A stretch of 64,000 nucleotides of DNA from Marsupella aquatica. Taxonomy: Eukaryota > Plantae > Marchantiophyta. The translations under genes were made by a program, and so were the position numbers. The first letter of the stretch is position 1. Each line of letters opens with the position of its first letter. Shown piece by piece: positions 36,111 to 49,200 of this stretch. A model generated the notes under the pieces. That model saw only the letters and a program-made list of their open reading frames with translations. It made no database searches and was not told where the DNA came from. The stretch spans positions 21,932,955 to 21,996,954 of the forward strand of contig OZ316893.1 of the NCBI GenBank assembly GCA_973895155.1. The letters are read 5' to 3'.

Positions 36111-38407
36111 TTGCAGCCTCAAAAGCAGCTTGGAGATATGGAATGTGTCAGCCTTCCACCAAAGAGCAGGTGTGGATGCTCTAAGAGAATTGAGGCCAAA
36201 ATGAATGCAAAAAATCATAGTGCTACTGTCAGGCAAGCTATTTCACATCACTTGACAGCTTTCAAACCCACTTCTGTCACCCCAAGGAGTTCTTCTGATG
36301 ACTATTTTGTGCATAATTCCCAAGGCAAGCTCAAGACAAACAAAGATGTCATTTGCTCATAAGTAAGGGATCCCCTTGGCACACTATCAGGACTCAGGGA
36401 TGCTTAGTTTATGTTCAGGAGTCTTAGTTCTCCTTGGCTAGTGAAAGGGAACAATAGGGCCTAGAATATTTGGCTTAGAAGGTTAGGCTTAGAGAGCAAA
36501 CTACTGGTGACCATATCAAATCACTCCTAATTGTTGTATGCTGGCATTACTCCCCATCTGTCCATCTTAGTTACTTAATCCATTGATCAAATAGTTGCTT
36601 TATTAATGCAGTTATTATGGATCTTAATTGGTCAATTTTATTTTATCTCCCCCAATTGGTAAGTGAAAAGGTACTAATATATTTCTGTTCATTTGGGTAC
36701 CAAAGCAGGGACCCTTTCTAAACTAGGAGAAAACAACCTTCTTTCTACATTAGAAATATATGACTATGATGGTTTCTACTTGCACATGCCACTAGAAATT
36801 AGCAAAAATTCTTTTGAGTCTACAATAATTTAAGTTGCAACTTAGTTGCACAAGGGGTTTTGGTAGTTGCAACTCAACCCTACTAAGTAGTCCAATGTAG
36901 CGGGGTCTTCTTCTAGTGTTAATTGGACCATGCCAGGATTAATATTGTCGGTCTAACACTTTTAAGTGATACTCATCATTGGTGACTATTTTCTGTGGAA
37001 GCAGGAGGTCTCTGCGTTTGACAATTCTGTTGGGCTTTACAGTCTCATCCTCAGCCAAGTATGAGTTGCAGGTAGCTTCCAAGCCTGTAAATTTCATATG
37101 AGGTCTATCCTAGCTTATGACTAGTTTTTATTCTGTGCAAAAAACCAAGGAAACTTGCTTGCCTTGAAACAAAAATTAAGTTTTAGATGAGTCTTTAATA
37201 TAAAATTAACCCTCAACTCTACATTAAATTGTAAAGGTTGAATATATATATGGTCTTTTAAAGACTATAAATTAACTAAAGGTTTGTGAATTCCTTTGGA
37301 GCTTACTATTATTTTTATCCTATACTATATTGTAAAGTGCTTCTAATGTTTAGAATATAGAGCACCTTGAAGAGTTACTCAACATCACAAAAATGATTTT
37401 GGGTCATTTCGATGTTTATTTAATGTAGAGTAGATTAGTGCAATTCTCTGCATTTGTTTGATGTCATTCCTGTGAACACTAACAATAGTGTCCACCTGAC
37501 TATTGGATTATATACAATCACATTGATATTAAAAATATACACGCTAATGCACAATGGAGGTCAATATCTAAGACCCTAATCAATTTGAGATACGTTTGTT
37601 ACACTAACAAATCTGGATAACAAATGGATACACAGCCCATTTTGGCGTAAACCGCTCTAGGGATTTGCATTATTTTATTGAACTTGGTTTTTGGTTTGGA
37701 GTGTCTCTTCACAATAAGAAGTGACCCTCCAATATGCTTTGGTGAGAAAAGTCAAAAGTCCCCCCAAGTCTTGTAAAGCCACCCTAAGGTGTAGGAAAAA
37801 GTGTGATCAAGGTGTTATCCAATTTGTCTCCCGATCCCACTCCCAACCCAAGGTGATCGTTAAGTTCTTTCTTTAGTTTAGTTTTTGTTTGTTTTGTGTT
37901 GGGGAAGAAAACACATACTTTTTACAGAAAAGGGCCAAATAGAGTACAAAAGAATAAACAAGAGAGGTCCCAAGTGGACAAAACCAAACGCAAAAGAAGT
38001 GAGCAAAAGGAAACCCCTAAAAACCAAGAAAAAGGAACTAAAACTACCACAAATGGACCAAGGTCCTCATCATTCCTAGCAAATGTGGCAAAAAGCTAAT
38101 GGTCTACATCAAGTGTCGAAACTAAATCGGCAAGTGGGATGGGAATGTCCTCTAGGGGGGCTAGTCGCTGCGGAGTCACGCTAGCACCCACTGTCAGAGA
38201 CCGACAATAGATGGCCCAAGCTTGAGCACGCTGTAAGGTGATTGAAATGCGTTGGCGAAAGTGCATGGTCAAAATAGATAGCGGGGGTCCGATGGGACCC
38301 ATCCGGCTGTGAACATCCCGAGCAGCTTGGCGAAGAAGCCCGTCAAACTGATGATGGAGACGCCCAAATATCTCAAGAGCAAGGGGCAGGAAACTATCAG
38401 ATGAAGC

Positions 38408-39489
38408 CCCTGGGCCCTTAGCTTAACTAATATGGGACCCCCCATGTGAACAACTCAAGGGGTTTTTAAATCCCTTTTTTGAATAATAGTTATAATCACT
38501 TATAATGTAACAACCCTTTGTTTTATTGGGTTCCATGTTATAATGAACCAAGGTGATCTAAAAAATAGGGTTCCAGTAGTTTTATGGAAGGGTAAAGCAT
38601 ATAGGGCCGCCACACGTCAATAACTCATTCATCCACGTATCATTACATCCTTGGTTTGGGGTGTGCAAACACATTTGAATTTTTGGGGGATAGGGGTAAT
38701 TTTGCCTTTAGGGGGTCTCATTTACCATTTCTGGATGACCAAAATGGTCTGCCGTTGATCTCTTTGATGCTCTATATCAAACGGTGTAGGGGTATATATG
38801 GCCTTGTAGGGCCCCCAAAGAAGGAGGAGGTCAAGTTGACAATGTTGTTCAATGCGTGTTGCATTAGATGGGGATTCTATGAGGCCACAAGTGATAGAAA
38901 GAGAGTCTCAATCCAGAGTCACTTTGTACCTCGGTGGATATTTATCACTTCTAGTGATCAAAGAATTGATTTAAATGTAATAAGTTTTCCAATGCTTTAG
39001 ACTCAAAGGATAACTTTCTTGTAAACGATGATGAATATGCTCAACATACTATGGGACAAACTTAAGTGCAATGTGGACTTACAGTTTTCATAGATGATAG
39101 CATAGGATGTTTACAACTTAAATTTGGATACTTGTATGAGTTTGTTTGACTCTTAAATGCCTTGACTCCTACCTTCTTGCGAGGAAGTGTGTCCATAAAG
39201 AATGTGTTGTTCCTGTTTTTGCTTTTGATAATGTGAAATGTTTATTCCAATCTGTTTGACTTAGAATCTCTTTGACTGATTTTTTTTTATAACACCTGAA
39301 GAGCATATTTAATGTCATTTTGATGAAGATTATAATAGCCCAAAGGGTTTTCTTAATGACCAAAAGTAATTTATTAATACTAATAAGAGCTTTTTAAAAG
39401 GGCAAAAAATAGTACTGAAGGGGTATGGAGGGGATCGAGGGGCATTCATAGGCGCGTTCCATTAATATACACGGAGTAAGGGCCCAGGG
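38408..39489. mobile_element. Non-autonomous TIR element family B (about 1.08 kb), 8-bp TSD, nested in the CRE element
   Basis: TIR ccctgggccctta / taagggcccaggg; TSD gatgaagc at 38400-38407 and 39490-39497. Confidence 0.88.
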
Positions 39490-39936
39490 GATGAAGCTCG
39501 TGCAACATATTTGGCCTCCTTCGTTGTTGCTGCTCGTGATGTTGCTGCCCCTGTCGTTGTTGCCGCTGTCCCAATGATGTCTTGGCGCAGGGTTTGCCAC
39601 CACTACATTTGCCAAAGTATATTGACCCTCACAGACCATGGTAAGATCCACCCGTAACCGCTGTGATGGAGGACCAGGTAACTCGAGCACCACCTCCCGC
39701 CGTGTGCAGACCAAAGAGCCAGAAAGAACTTGAGCAGTGGCATCTCTCACAGCGTCGTGAACAAAAATGGTTTCGCCGCCCAAACTGCACCAAAGAAGAT
39801 GGACACCTGTGGCATCACAAGGCTTCCCACAAGTGCAAGTAGGAGATAAACCAACAAGAAGTGGGTGGGGCAAGCCCATACGAAGACGCATGGCTGTCGC
39901 AAACTCCACTGAAGACATCCGTAGGTGAGGAATGAC

Positions 39937-40223
39937 CTCAGGGGGTGAACTAAGTGTATATTTTGGGGTATCACGTGCGATCCTAGCCTAATATAAATAG
40001 ACCTATTTTATAAAGAAAATATTCCAAGAATATTCTCTATTTTCAATATTAATAACCTATTTTACTTTATAAAGGATATATATTAAAGAATATTCTATAA
40101 ACATGAGTTTATAATACCTTCTTTTGCCTCCTATGCTTTTTAAAAATTTAGTTAAAATCTATCAAAAATACCTATTTTGGATCGCACGTGGTTCCTAAGA
40201 TTTTTTATAGTCAACCCCCCGAG
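39937..40223. mobile_element. MITE family A (287 bp), 8-bp TSD, nested in the CRE element
   Basis: TIR ctcagggggtgaacta / tagtcaaccccccgag; inner inverted motif cacgtgcgatcc / ggatcgcacgtg; perfect TSD ggaatgac at 39929-39936 and 40224-40231. Confidence 0.92.
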
Positions 40224-41904
40224 GGAATGACTGGATTGGCCTGAAGCCAGCCTCCTGCGCCCTTCCCTCCGGAAGAAAGAATCCAAGATCGGTTCGTGTC
40301 AGGTGCCTCGGTGAGGATGCCGGAGAGGGTGAAAGTGTGCATACGCCCAACAAGGTCTGCCTGAAAACGGACGGGTTCCAAGGATAAAAACTCCTGAAAT
40401 GAAGGTAACACAGCTCGAACAAGATCTGGTAATGATGACCGCGCCGCGCGCAAATGAACCTGAAATGGGAGGGAACTCTCCTCTACTTCCATGAGAGACA
40501 AAAGTAAAAAAGGTCGATCCTCAGTAAGGAAACGATCTGCCAACAATGAGAAGGCGGCCGCCCACGCGCCCAAAAAGGCCAAAGGTGCGAGGCGCTTAGT
40601 GGAAGTAAGCCCAAAAACACCGTGAGAAATAGGAAGACTGAGCTGTCGATGAAGCCACGGAGATGAGAGCAAAGTACCTGGCCCCAAAAGAGAGGCCAAA
40701 GTCTCACGAATGGAGACATCAAACGCACGGAGGTGTAGATACAGATCCTCGATAGGGGGAGGTGTCCGAGCCAAATAGGACGCGCGAGGGTGGATGCATT
40801 TCAACAACAACCCAAATGCTGCCTGAGAATCTCCTAACTTAGGGAGCATAGGAGTAGGGGCTAAGGCAACCTATAGAGCGTCAACAATGAAAGATGAGCA
40901 AAAGGAGGCGGTACCGAATGGGGAGCCAAGGACCCGAAGACCGTCGGCTGGATGTAAGAACCCAGGGGGAAGCGCAAGATCAGAGGGTAACCCAGCTGGA
41001 CTCCATGCACGACTCTTCACCGGCTGAACCCGTAAACCGAGGCCCAACAAATGGGTGGAAAGGGTGGCGAGGGCAGAAGTCACCGCAGCAGGTGGACCAA
41101 TGATGTGGGTGTCATCTGAAAGAGAGGGGAAGATACACTGGGGGTGGGCCGCGGAGGCTTCCCTTAAAGCAGTAAAAATGGGCAATGGCAAAAAGAGGCC
41201 CACCCAAAGGGTCACCCTGACGTGTACCTTCTGCAGAAGAAAGAGTGGTATACACTCCTGTAGAGGTGTGATGACTATAGAAGAGGGGGTCCTCGAGGCC
41301 ATAAAAACAATGGACAAAGGGGATAAGGGACTGGATGTCTGGATCCGCTGCCCTCAAAGCACGAAAAATTGCTGCCCAAGAAACCGTATTGAAAACATTA
41401 GAGACATCAATTGTCTCTAATTGGGGGGTGGGGAGGTGGTTCTTAACCTACTCACACTCTTAGTTGGCAATTGTGATATGGTAGGTTCCAATGATAGCAA
41501 ATCCTCACTGTCAAACTGAAAATTAAGCACATAACAGGGGAAAAAATAGCTACTATCTGAGTTTGTAAAAGGCCAAAACAAGATTTCAGGAATGTGTCAA
41601 GTGTCATAGGAAAGAAACTTTTCCAATTGAAAGCTTTTTGAATGCATATGTACATCTTATAATTGGAGATTAAAGTTTACCTTTAGTGATGTACTCCTTA
41701 GAATTTCATAGACAGTAATTCTTTGGTAACATAAATATTTTTAAAAACATTAAGACTATGCTTGTGAGTAGGAGATGGAGCCCTTTGTGTGGTCTCACAG
41801 TTATTTGGACTATGACACCAAAACACACAAGAGAGGGTTATTTAAACTTTGATAGGTCATTTTTTTGGCTATCACTATAACCAATGTTACCAAGAACAAC
41901 TTAC

Positions 41905-42085
41905 ATGTTTAGACAAGGTATTTCTTTGATGAGAACCCAAAATGAAAGTGTTATTTGATAGGACCCCTGAGGTTTTGGGTATGTTGATTCAAGGTCTGGA
42001 TCACTCAAAGGTCTGATTCAAAGGTTCTATCAAGTAATATTTTTTATTTTGGGGTCCTATCAAGCAAATATATCTATTTAGACTG
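41905..42085. repeat. Small degenerate inverted repeat (MITE-like hairpin)
   Basis: tttgatgagaacccaaaatgaaagtgttatttgataggacccctga is approximately the reverse complement of tcaaaggttctatcaagtaatattttttattttggggtcctatcaag. Confidence 0.55.
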
Positions 42086-45000
42086 ATGTTATCAAGGTTG
42101 CCAAAGTTCATCTGGACCAATGTCAGACTCTAGGAAAAAATTATAGATAAAAATAAGCGGAAATTCAAATTTCAGACAATTGCTGTGGGAGGTTTGTTCC
42201 GACTCTAAACGAAAATATAATAATCTTTTCCCCCATTTCAAAAATATAAATAAATATTACTCAGTAGTAATTCAAACCCAGTGTTCACTCCGGTACTATA
42301 CAGCAAGGTAACGAACAGTCCGTGAATCAAGACACGGTCTGGCGGTCGGCCCCTCAAAGGCAGGGTTTAGCACACGGTCCCTTTTCCAGTTTAGCGCACG
42401 GTTTCTTCCCAGGGGGTCCCACAAACCTTGCCCTGAAGCTCGCCATTGGACACCTGGATGCACAGATTTGGTAGGCTGCCACCTCATTGGCCTTCGGCCT
42501 ATCTTGAGCGCGTACTCGAGAGATTTCCAGGGCTATCTAGAAGACCCCTGTTTTACAAATAAATTCTCAAGCTATTACTAGACAACTGGACAAATATGGT
42601 GGGACTCATGATTCTTGTGCGAATGTGGTACTGGAGATAAATTGGCATTCACAACCCGCCAGAAATAATAAAGTTATCTACTGTACTACTCAAAAACGAA
42701 GGAACCTTCTACAAATATTCACTAAAGAGAAAATTTTCAAGTGTGGAGACCACAAACAGGTAGAGTGGAGAGGAAATCTTGAGGTAACTATGTAGATTTT
42801 CTCTCAACAGAAATCTTTGTACAGGGATCGGTTGGTAAAATTGTCCCAATAATATTCTCCCAACCTGTGGTTCCCCCACCAACTTTACTGTACAGTCTAT
42901 CAATCACAATAGTACACGTTAAAAAACAGAAAACGCATGGGATCTGATGCAAGTGATGGAAGACTGTGTCCTTTTGACGATGGTAAATCTAAGCTCCTGC
43001 TCAGCCAAGATTTGTAACATTTCTGTCGGAATAAATTTGTAACATGTGGAGCTCAAGTTTCTCGTGTGCTGTGCATTGCGTAAACCCTATGATTGACTGC
43101 CTTTCCAAGACATCCAAGACATGATGTGAACCAAATGTTACCCAATGCACATACTTCAAAGTGGTCGGAGCTGTTGGAACCACAAGTTTGAAGTGAATTG
43201 GCTCAATGCCACCGATTGGTCCATGAAATCATGCCATCAGCTTTGTAAGGACCACGCTGAACATCGAAATGATTGCATTTTTTTCCTCATTCTTGGCACT
43301 GCTGTGATCGACACGTGCCCACGACCTGTCCTCAAATTGTTTGAAGAAATTTGTAATTTACAATTGGAATCATGGGTCTGGTCTTGAACAGTGTTGCCAA
43401 CTGAAACTTCTTTGACCTTTCCATGGTCTTGAGTGAGAGTCATTTGACTGTTCATCATGATGGTGTTTCCCGAATTTTTAGGGGTCCCGATAATTGCACA
43501 TCAACATATGACATACATTTTATGAGATCACTCTTATCATGATAAATCTCATTATTTTGTTTAAATCAATAATGAGTGCACACCATCTATTATCATAGGG
43601 AGTTAATAGGGAGTTTTGAGGCCCCGTCATAGGCATGGTGCAGAGCGGCCTCACCAACTCTACTGTACATTGACTACATTCCTGGTCCATTCTTGGATGC
43701 CAACAATAATTCCAAACTATGTTCCCCCTCCACAATTTATATTCTACAATTCCAATCCATCAAAGAAGTGGTTGCAGTTTAGCAACAACAGTTAGCCAGT
43801 ACTGGTAAGTGTACATCAAAATGTAATAATATAAGGTGTACTATTCACTCCATACCATAATGAGCCTAATTATTTTGTTTAAATCATTGAATGTTATTCA
43901 TTTTATATTTTCACATTTTGATATGCAAGTGCCAAAATGCATGGTTAGCTCTTCTAACTTGAGAGTATAAGCACTCTTATGCTCTTCTGGGTCCACTCCA
44001 ATCCATGAAGTTTTGGCATTTGTGTTTTGTTTCTGACTTTCTCTTCTGGAAAAATTAGAGGGAACATGTGAGTTGACTACTGTCTGTCGTCCCCATATAT
44101 TGCACTGCAAAACTCAAGTTCCCCCCAAAGGGACCATTTGAAAAGTTGCAGTCTTAGTCTTGAATAGAAAACCTGCAGTACAATTCAGCAGGCCCAGCTT
44201 GAGTTCTTATTTGCTATACTGGAAGTGTGCAAATTCTTTCAGTCTCTATTGCAAGAGTGTTAAAAGTTCCTCATTTCTATGGTATGAAGTCCACAATATC
44301 AAACTTTACTACCATTAATGAGCCTCAACCTTCTGCCCAGCCCTATGATGTTGTTTGACTACACACGTTTTTCCCTATCTACTTTTTTGTAAGTGTAATT
44401 TGCATTTTTGTCTACTCCACTTGGGAAGTGTGACTGTTAAAATAGAACGTGTGCTTGCAAGACTTGAACCACACAACTCCTCCTCCCAAACAAGAGCTTC
44501 TCCCACACTATGCTTCCCTCAAGGGAAGACCTGCCTTGTAGTAAGTAGTACAACTGCTTGAGCCCTCCAAATCAATTGAACCCTAATGGGCGAACGGGCA
44601 ATGCACTTGATTATACTCACCCCCTATGTACTTTCAAAATATAGGATGTCTGGTTCGTCGAGCAAATTGTTGGCACAAGAAACAATCTGGTCCAAACATG
44701 TGCAAAGTTTGGCTATATTATTCAGGACATTTGCATTTATTGAAGTTTACTTTGAAAGATTATTGGTGCCGAGTCGATCTTTAGAACAAAGAGCTTTCTC
44801 TCTATTTTGCTTTGTTGAAATTTTTTTAGCTGCCTCCAAGGTAGTGAAACGTTATAGTAATTGGAACCAGTGTAAATTGCAGCATTCTCGAGAAACACTT
44901 TCGGTAATTTCTAAACAAGTCAAACAAACTATAATGAAGGAATTGCAAACGAGTTCCAAAGTTGACAAAAACCCAACTCGAATGAAACAGGAGAGATATA

Positions 45001-45292
45001 CTTCACAGACTTATAAAACAAAAACTGTCATTTGATAGACCCCATGAGTGATCTACTGTAGAGAGTTGATGGACCTAAATCAACCTACCAAAATCTGATG
45101 GGGCCTCCTTAGTCCATCAAATAGTAGTTTTCAATTTAGGCGTCCATTGAGTACCGTATGTCTTTCAAAGAAACACAGAACTCCAAAGTAATGTGAGAGT
45201 AAACCCTAAAACCTAGAAAGAGGATAAAGAGAGCTTATCACTCTAGGTCTGCGGAAAACAGGAAAGTCTTGGCAGCGCTAGATCTGATTTGG

Positions 45293-46246
45293 CCGCCACT
45301 TTGGGAGGACCTTATCCAAGCCCGGTTTGAGCTGTCGGACAAGTTGTCGTGTTGTCGGACACGACAACTTGTCATTTGTCGCCCGAAAATGACCCTATTT
45401 GTCGCATATTCCTTTTTATGCCCCGGTCCGGCCCCGGCCCGACCCGGCCCGGCCCGGCCCAATCCCTTCCCGGCCCGGCCCATTCCCTCCCCGACTCTTC
45501 CCGGCCCCTTCCATTCCTGGCTCGGTCCGGCACCGGGTCGGCCCGGTCTCTTCCCGGCCCGGTCCCGTATCCCGCCCGGCCCCGCACCCGGCCCGGCCTC
45601 ACAAACACTAGGTGAGGGCGGGCCGAGTGCGGGGCCGGGCCGGGAATGGGAGGGCAAGGCCGGGAAGGGGCAGGGCCGGGCCGGGAATGGGCAGGGGCAG
45701 GGCCGGGAAGGGAAGGGGCCGGGAAGGGGAGGGGTAGGGCCGGGCCGGGAAGGGGGAGGGGAGGGGAAGGGAAGAGGCCGGGAAGGAGAGGGGTAGGGCC
45801 GGGCCGGGAAGGGGGAGGGGGAGGGCCGGGCCGGGAAGGGGGAGGGGAAGGGAAGAGGCCGGGAAGGGGAGGGGTAGGGCCGGGCCGGGAAGGGGGAGGG
45901 GAAGGGGGAGGGAAGGGGCAGGGCCGGGAAGGGAAGGGACCGGGCCGGGAAGGGGAAGGGACCGGGTGGGATGCGGGGCCGGGCCGGGAAGGGACCGGGC
46001 CGGGGGTAGAGACCGGGTCGGGACCGGGGCGGGGAGTTCGGTCCGGGGTGAGATTTTCCCGTTGGCTTTAAGGGCCGGGAGGAAAGTAGCCGGGCCGGGA
46101 ATTACCGGCCGGGAGCCGGACCGGGGACCGGGGTGGACCAGGTGACAACTTGTCGGTTGTCGAGTCCAAAGGCCTCTATTTGTCGGACAAGTCCAAACCG
46201 GGTATCCAAGTTACCCGCACTTTAATGTGCTCCCTCCAAAAGGCGA
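45293..46246. repeat. Extremely GC-rich asymmetric hairpin of GGGCCGGG(AA) units inside degenerate inverted termini; probable young non-autonomous element
   Basis: C-rich arm 45421-45600 (ccggcccggccc..cccttccc) switches at about 45601-45615 to a G-rich arm 45616-46140 (gggccgggccgggaagggg). Outer inverted motifs cccggtttg..tgtcggacaa / ttgtcggaca..caaaccggg and cgccactttgggagg / ccctccaaaaggcg. Confidence 0.75.
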
Positions 46247-49200
46247 ATTAAATAATATTGTTACTTTCAGAAATTTCAACGAAAGACAGATGACACATCG
46301 ATCGCTGGAGTAGTCTCTCTGTCAAGCATTTGAACTTAATTTTGTATTTGTCTATCTAGATAAGCCTCTAGAATGATGAAGCGAGCCAAATACTTGATTA
46401 GTTGATTTGGCAACACCTGATTTCCAGGCTGCCAGGTGGCCTTCGACAGAGGGAATTCATTGCCAAGGAATCGATTTCGGGATGTCTCGTAGATTCCTAT
46501 GGGTTGTCAGATTTCTATAATGTTAACATTTTGGATGGATCTGGATAATGTTTACTATTCAGAGTAATGAGGACAAAATCCCCCCGCTAATGATGTTATT
46601 GTAGTAGCCGATTATAATTAATCTAACCACGTGCGTAAATAGGCCAACTTAGTACAGTAGCCCATATGTAAAACTGAGTATTGTGAAACCATTTTTGAAA
46701 CTCACTATTCTTGAAGCCCCCTGCACAATGCTTATCCCAAAAAATCGAGTCATAAAGGCTAGGATGACTTCTCTGCTACAAGTTTTTTTCTTCAAACGCT
46801 TGGGATTTTCAAGCATGTATTTTAGCCTGGATGCTACAGAATAAAAGAGCTCCAGCTTCAACTCTTCACAAATTATTTAAAATATTTACATGAGCATATT
46901 TTCTGTTGGCTTTATAGTTTCAATCTAAATCTTCTAAATTCTATGCAGGTTGTCAAAGTGAATCTGAGCATTAACCTAACCTGAGTTATAGCATTTGGGT
47001 TTACCCTTCTTTGAAGTTTTCCTTTATAGCTATCTGATTTGTGGTCTGACATTACAAAATTTGACAACCTGATCACTGATGCCAAAATGCAGGAAGAGTT
47101 GACTCGCTGGGACTCGTCAATGAAGCTAGGTTTGTAAACGGTAACTCGTCTGGTGCACCCTCATTGTTCCATCACCAGCAGCTTGTGCCATCCGCACCAA
47201 TCCAACACACAGACCAGAGCTTCAAACAACAAAGCTGTAGCAGCATGGTGCCATCTCGCAAAAAACAAATCGCAACTCAGAAACTAAAAAAAATGAATGA
47301 GTGACCAGCTCCTGGGGGGCTGGTCAGGAGGGGGGGTTTATATCTGAGTTTTGGTCCTCAAAGTCTTCCTTAAACAGTGGGGAATCAAAAGTTTTCTTCA
47401 AGCAGTGGGTTTCTGTTGCACTAGAGAGTACTCAGACACTCACTATTCCTTATTCTTTGTAGGGCAGAGGTTCTTAGTTCTAAGACTTCTAAACAAATTC
47501 CTTTCCAGGACCCTTCTATGCAGAGCACTCCCAAGCTCTCCGCTATTCAGTCAGCTGCGCAGTAAAGCTCTACTGTAGTTCTTTTGTCGTTGATGAAAGC
47601 TCTTGGGCTTTTTGCCTCTTCAGCCTTCTGGGGTGTTTGTCCCCATTTGGAACTCTTTTTCTTTCTTTTGATTGTACTTTGTTTTTCCCTAATTTATAAA
47701 ATTTGTTGGAAGATTTCAACCCTTCTGGGGTTTTTCCAGATTTCTCCCGTTTATTGGGTCTCGTTCTTGTTGTTAGGCATTTTTGTCTTTTGATGGCATG
47801 CTATACATCTTCTCTTTCACTGACTGGGAAACCAAGGTCAGTACTATCAGTTGTCTATAGAGTGCCATTGAGACCTGGACCAATCATGGTGTCTGGCCTA
47901 CCACTTTTGACCACCCACTAGCTCTAATAAATCAAACAGTTTAGGATTAAAAATATTTGGGCTTTCCTACAAAGGAAAATTTATTTGATTAAGATTAACA
48001 TTTCAAGTGTATCATTTCATCCAAAGCCTCAATTTCACTCTATGGTTGAATAATCAAAATTTAAAATTGAATTTAAAGCAACGAATATGATTTACGTTTT
48101 TCTGTGGAGATATCTGAACATATTAAATCTGAAGTCTCTTTTCTGGGTCCATGGGGCTCACTTTCATAAGCCCCAATGGGATCTCTAGTAGGAACCTTTG
48201 CACTGGGATGGGATTTCAAAGTATTCTTTGCATAGATATTAAGGAATTCACTATAGATTCATGTTAAAATATACATTTCTATTGCAAGTTTAAGAATGCC
48301 GAAAAAGTCTGCGAATCAAGCTTTGGGATGAAAATCCCATGCAACCGTTTGAACCCTCTAGTGTAGTTTTCGACGTGGAATACTTTTCGCAGTCTCGTAA
48401 ATTAAAACCTGAGTAAACGTAAAGCCATAACCCAAAATGTGGACACAAATGTTGTGGATTAGGTAACAACCGTGCGTCAAACCACGTGACTTGCTGCACG
48501 GTTACCTTCTTGGTCCCCATGACCCTCGGTTGAACCTGGGTGATAGATCCCTTCTTGTCTCGAAGGGCTATGATGAACAAGCGACACCGGCCCGCGACAG
48601 CCGGCGATCGATCACCGGCGCGAGGCCGCATCGCGCACCCTGCTGGGCCGGCGCCGATCGTTCGTCCCATCCGACGGCTCAGATGGCGCGGCGGCCACAT
48701 CTAACGGCCAGAAATGGGACGCCTCTTCCATAACCCGACGGAATGCGTAGCACCAAAGCAAGAGATCTGCGGGTCGGTCCCCGCGCAAGCTAGCCACGGT
48801 GTCTCCAGTAATTTGCCGGTAAGCTCCACTAAACTCCGTTACTGGGAGTACCATCGACGGTTACAATGTGCTGTTGGCGGCTAACTCGAGATCGTGATCG
48901 TAGATCTAGATTGGCCTGGATAACAGCGAGAGGGTAAACTTGGGTGGCGGGGGGCCTGATTCTGGCGGGCTCTTTGAAATTGATTTAGCTTCGGCTAGAC
49001 CGACGTGACCGGTCGGTCGCTTGCTCCCGGTCTCCCGGTGACCCCACTTACTCTACAGTGGTCGAGAGGAGGACTTGTGGCTCAGGCAGATCGGCCTCTC
49101 TTTCAATCCATGTGCCTGCCTCTGAACGAGAGGAACAGAGGATTGAAAAGATGGTGATGTAGGTGCGCGATTTGCGATTCTGAAGTGGGTTCTCATCTCG

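Larger units (their letters stand above)
37870..41415 (-). mobile_element. CRE-clade non-LTR retrotransposon (RT plus C-terminal zinc knuckle and restriction-like endonuclease), 5'-truncated and split by two TIR insertions
   Basis: DVSNVFNTV, GTRQGDPLGGPLF, PSLSDDTHIIG, LRVLGSPFG, GGKGAGGWL, AMRLRMGL, CTCG..CD..G.HLLWC, HDAVRD, RVDL, NVVVANP, KEAKY...FLPLALEIFG, FRQRISITLQRAQA. The frame is restored across both junctions when the inserts and one TSD copy are removed. A-rich 3' end at about 37870-37900. Confidence 0.85.

Noticed and set aside
43001-43458. Protein-like minus-strand fragments
   Set aside because: Interrupted by stops and with no motif I can assign to a family.
45238-46071. Gly/Pro/Arg-rich ORFs on both strands
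   Set aside because: By-products of a stop-free GC-rich repeat, with no recognisable domain or splice structure.
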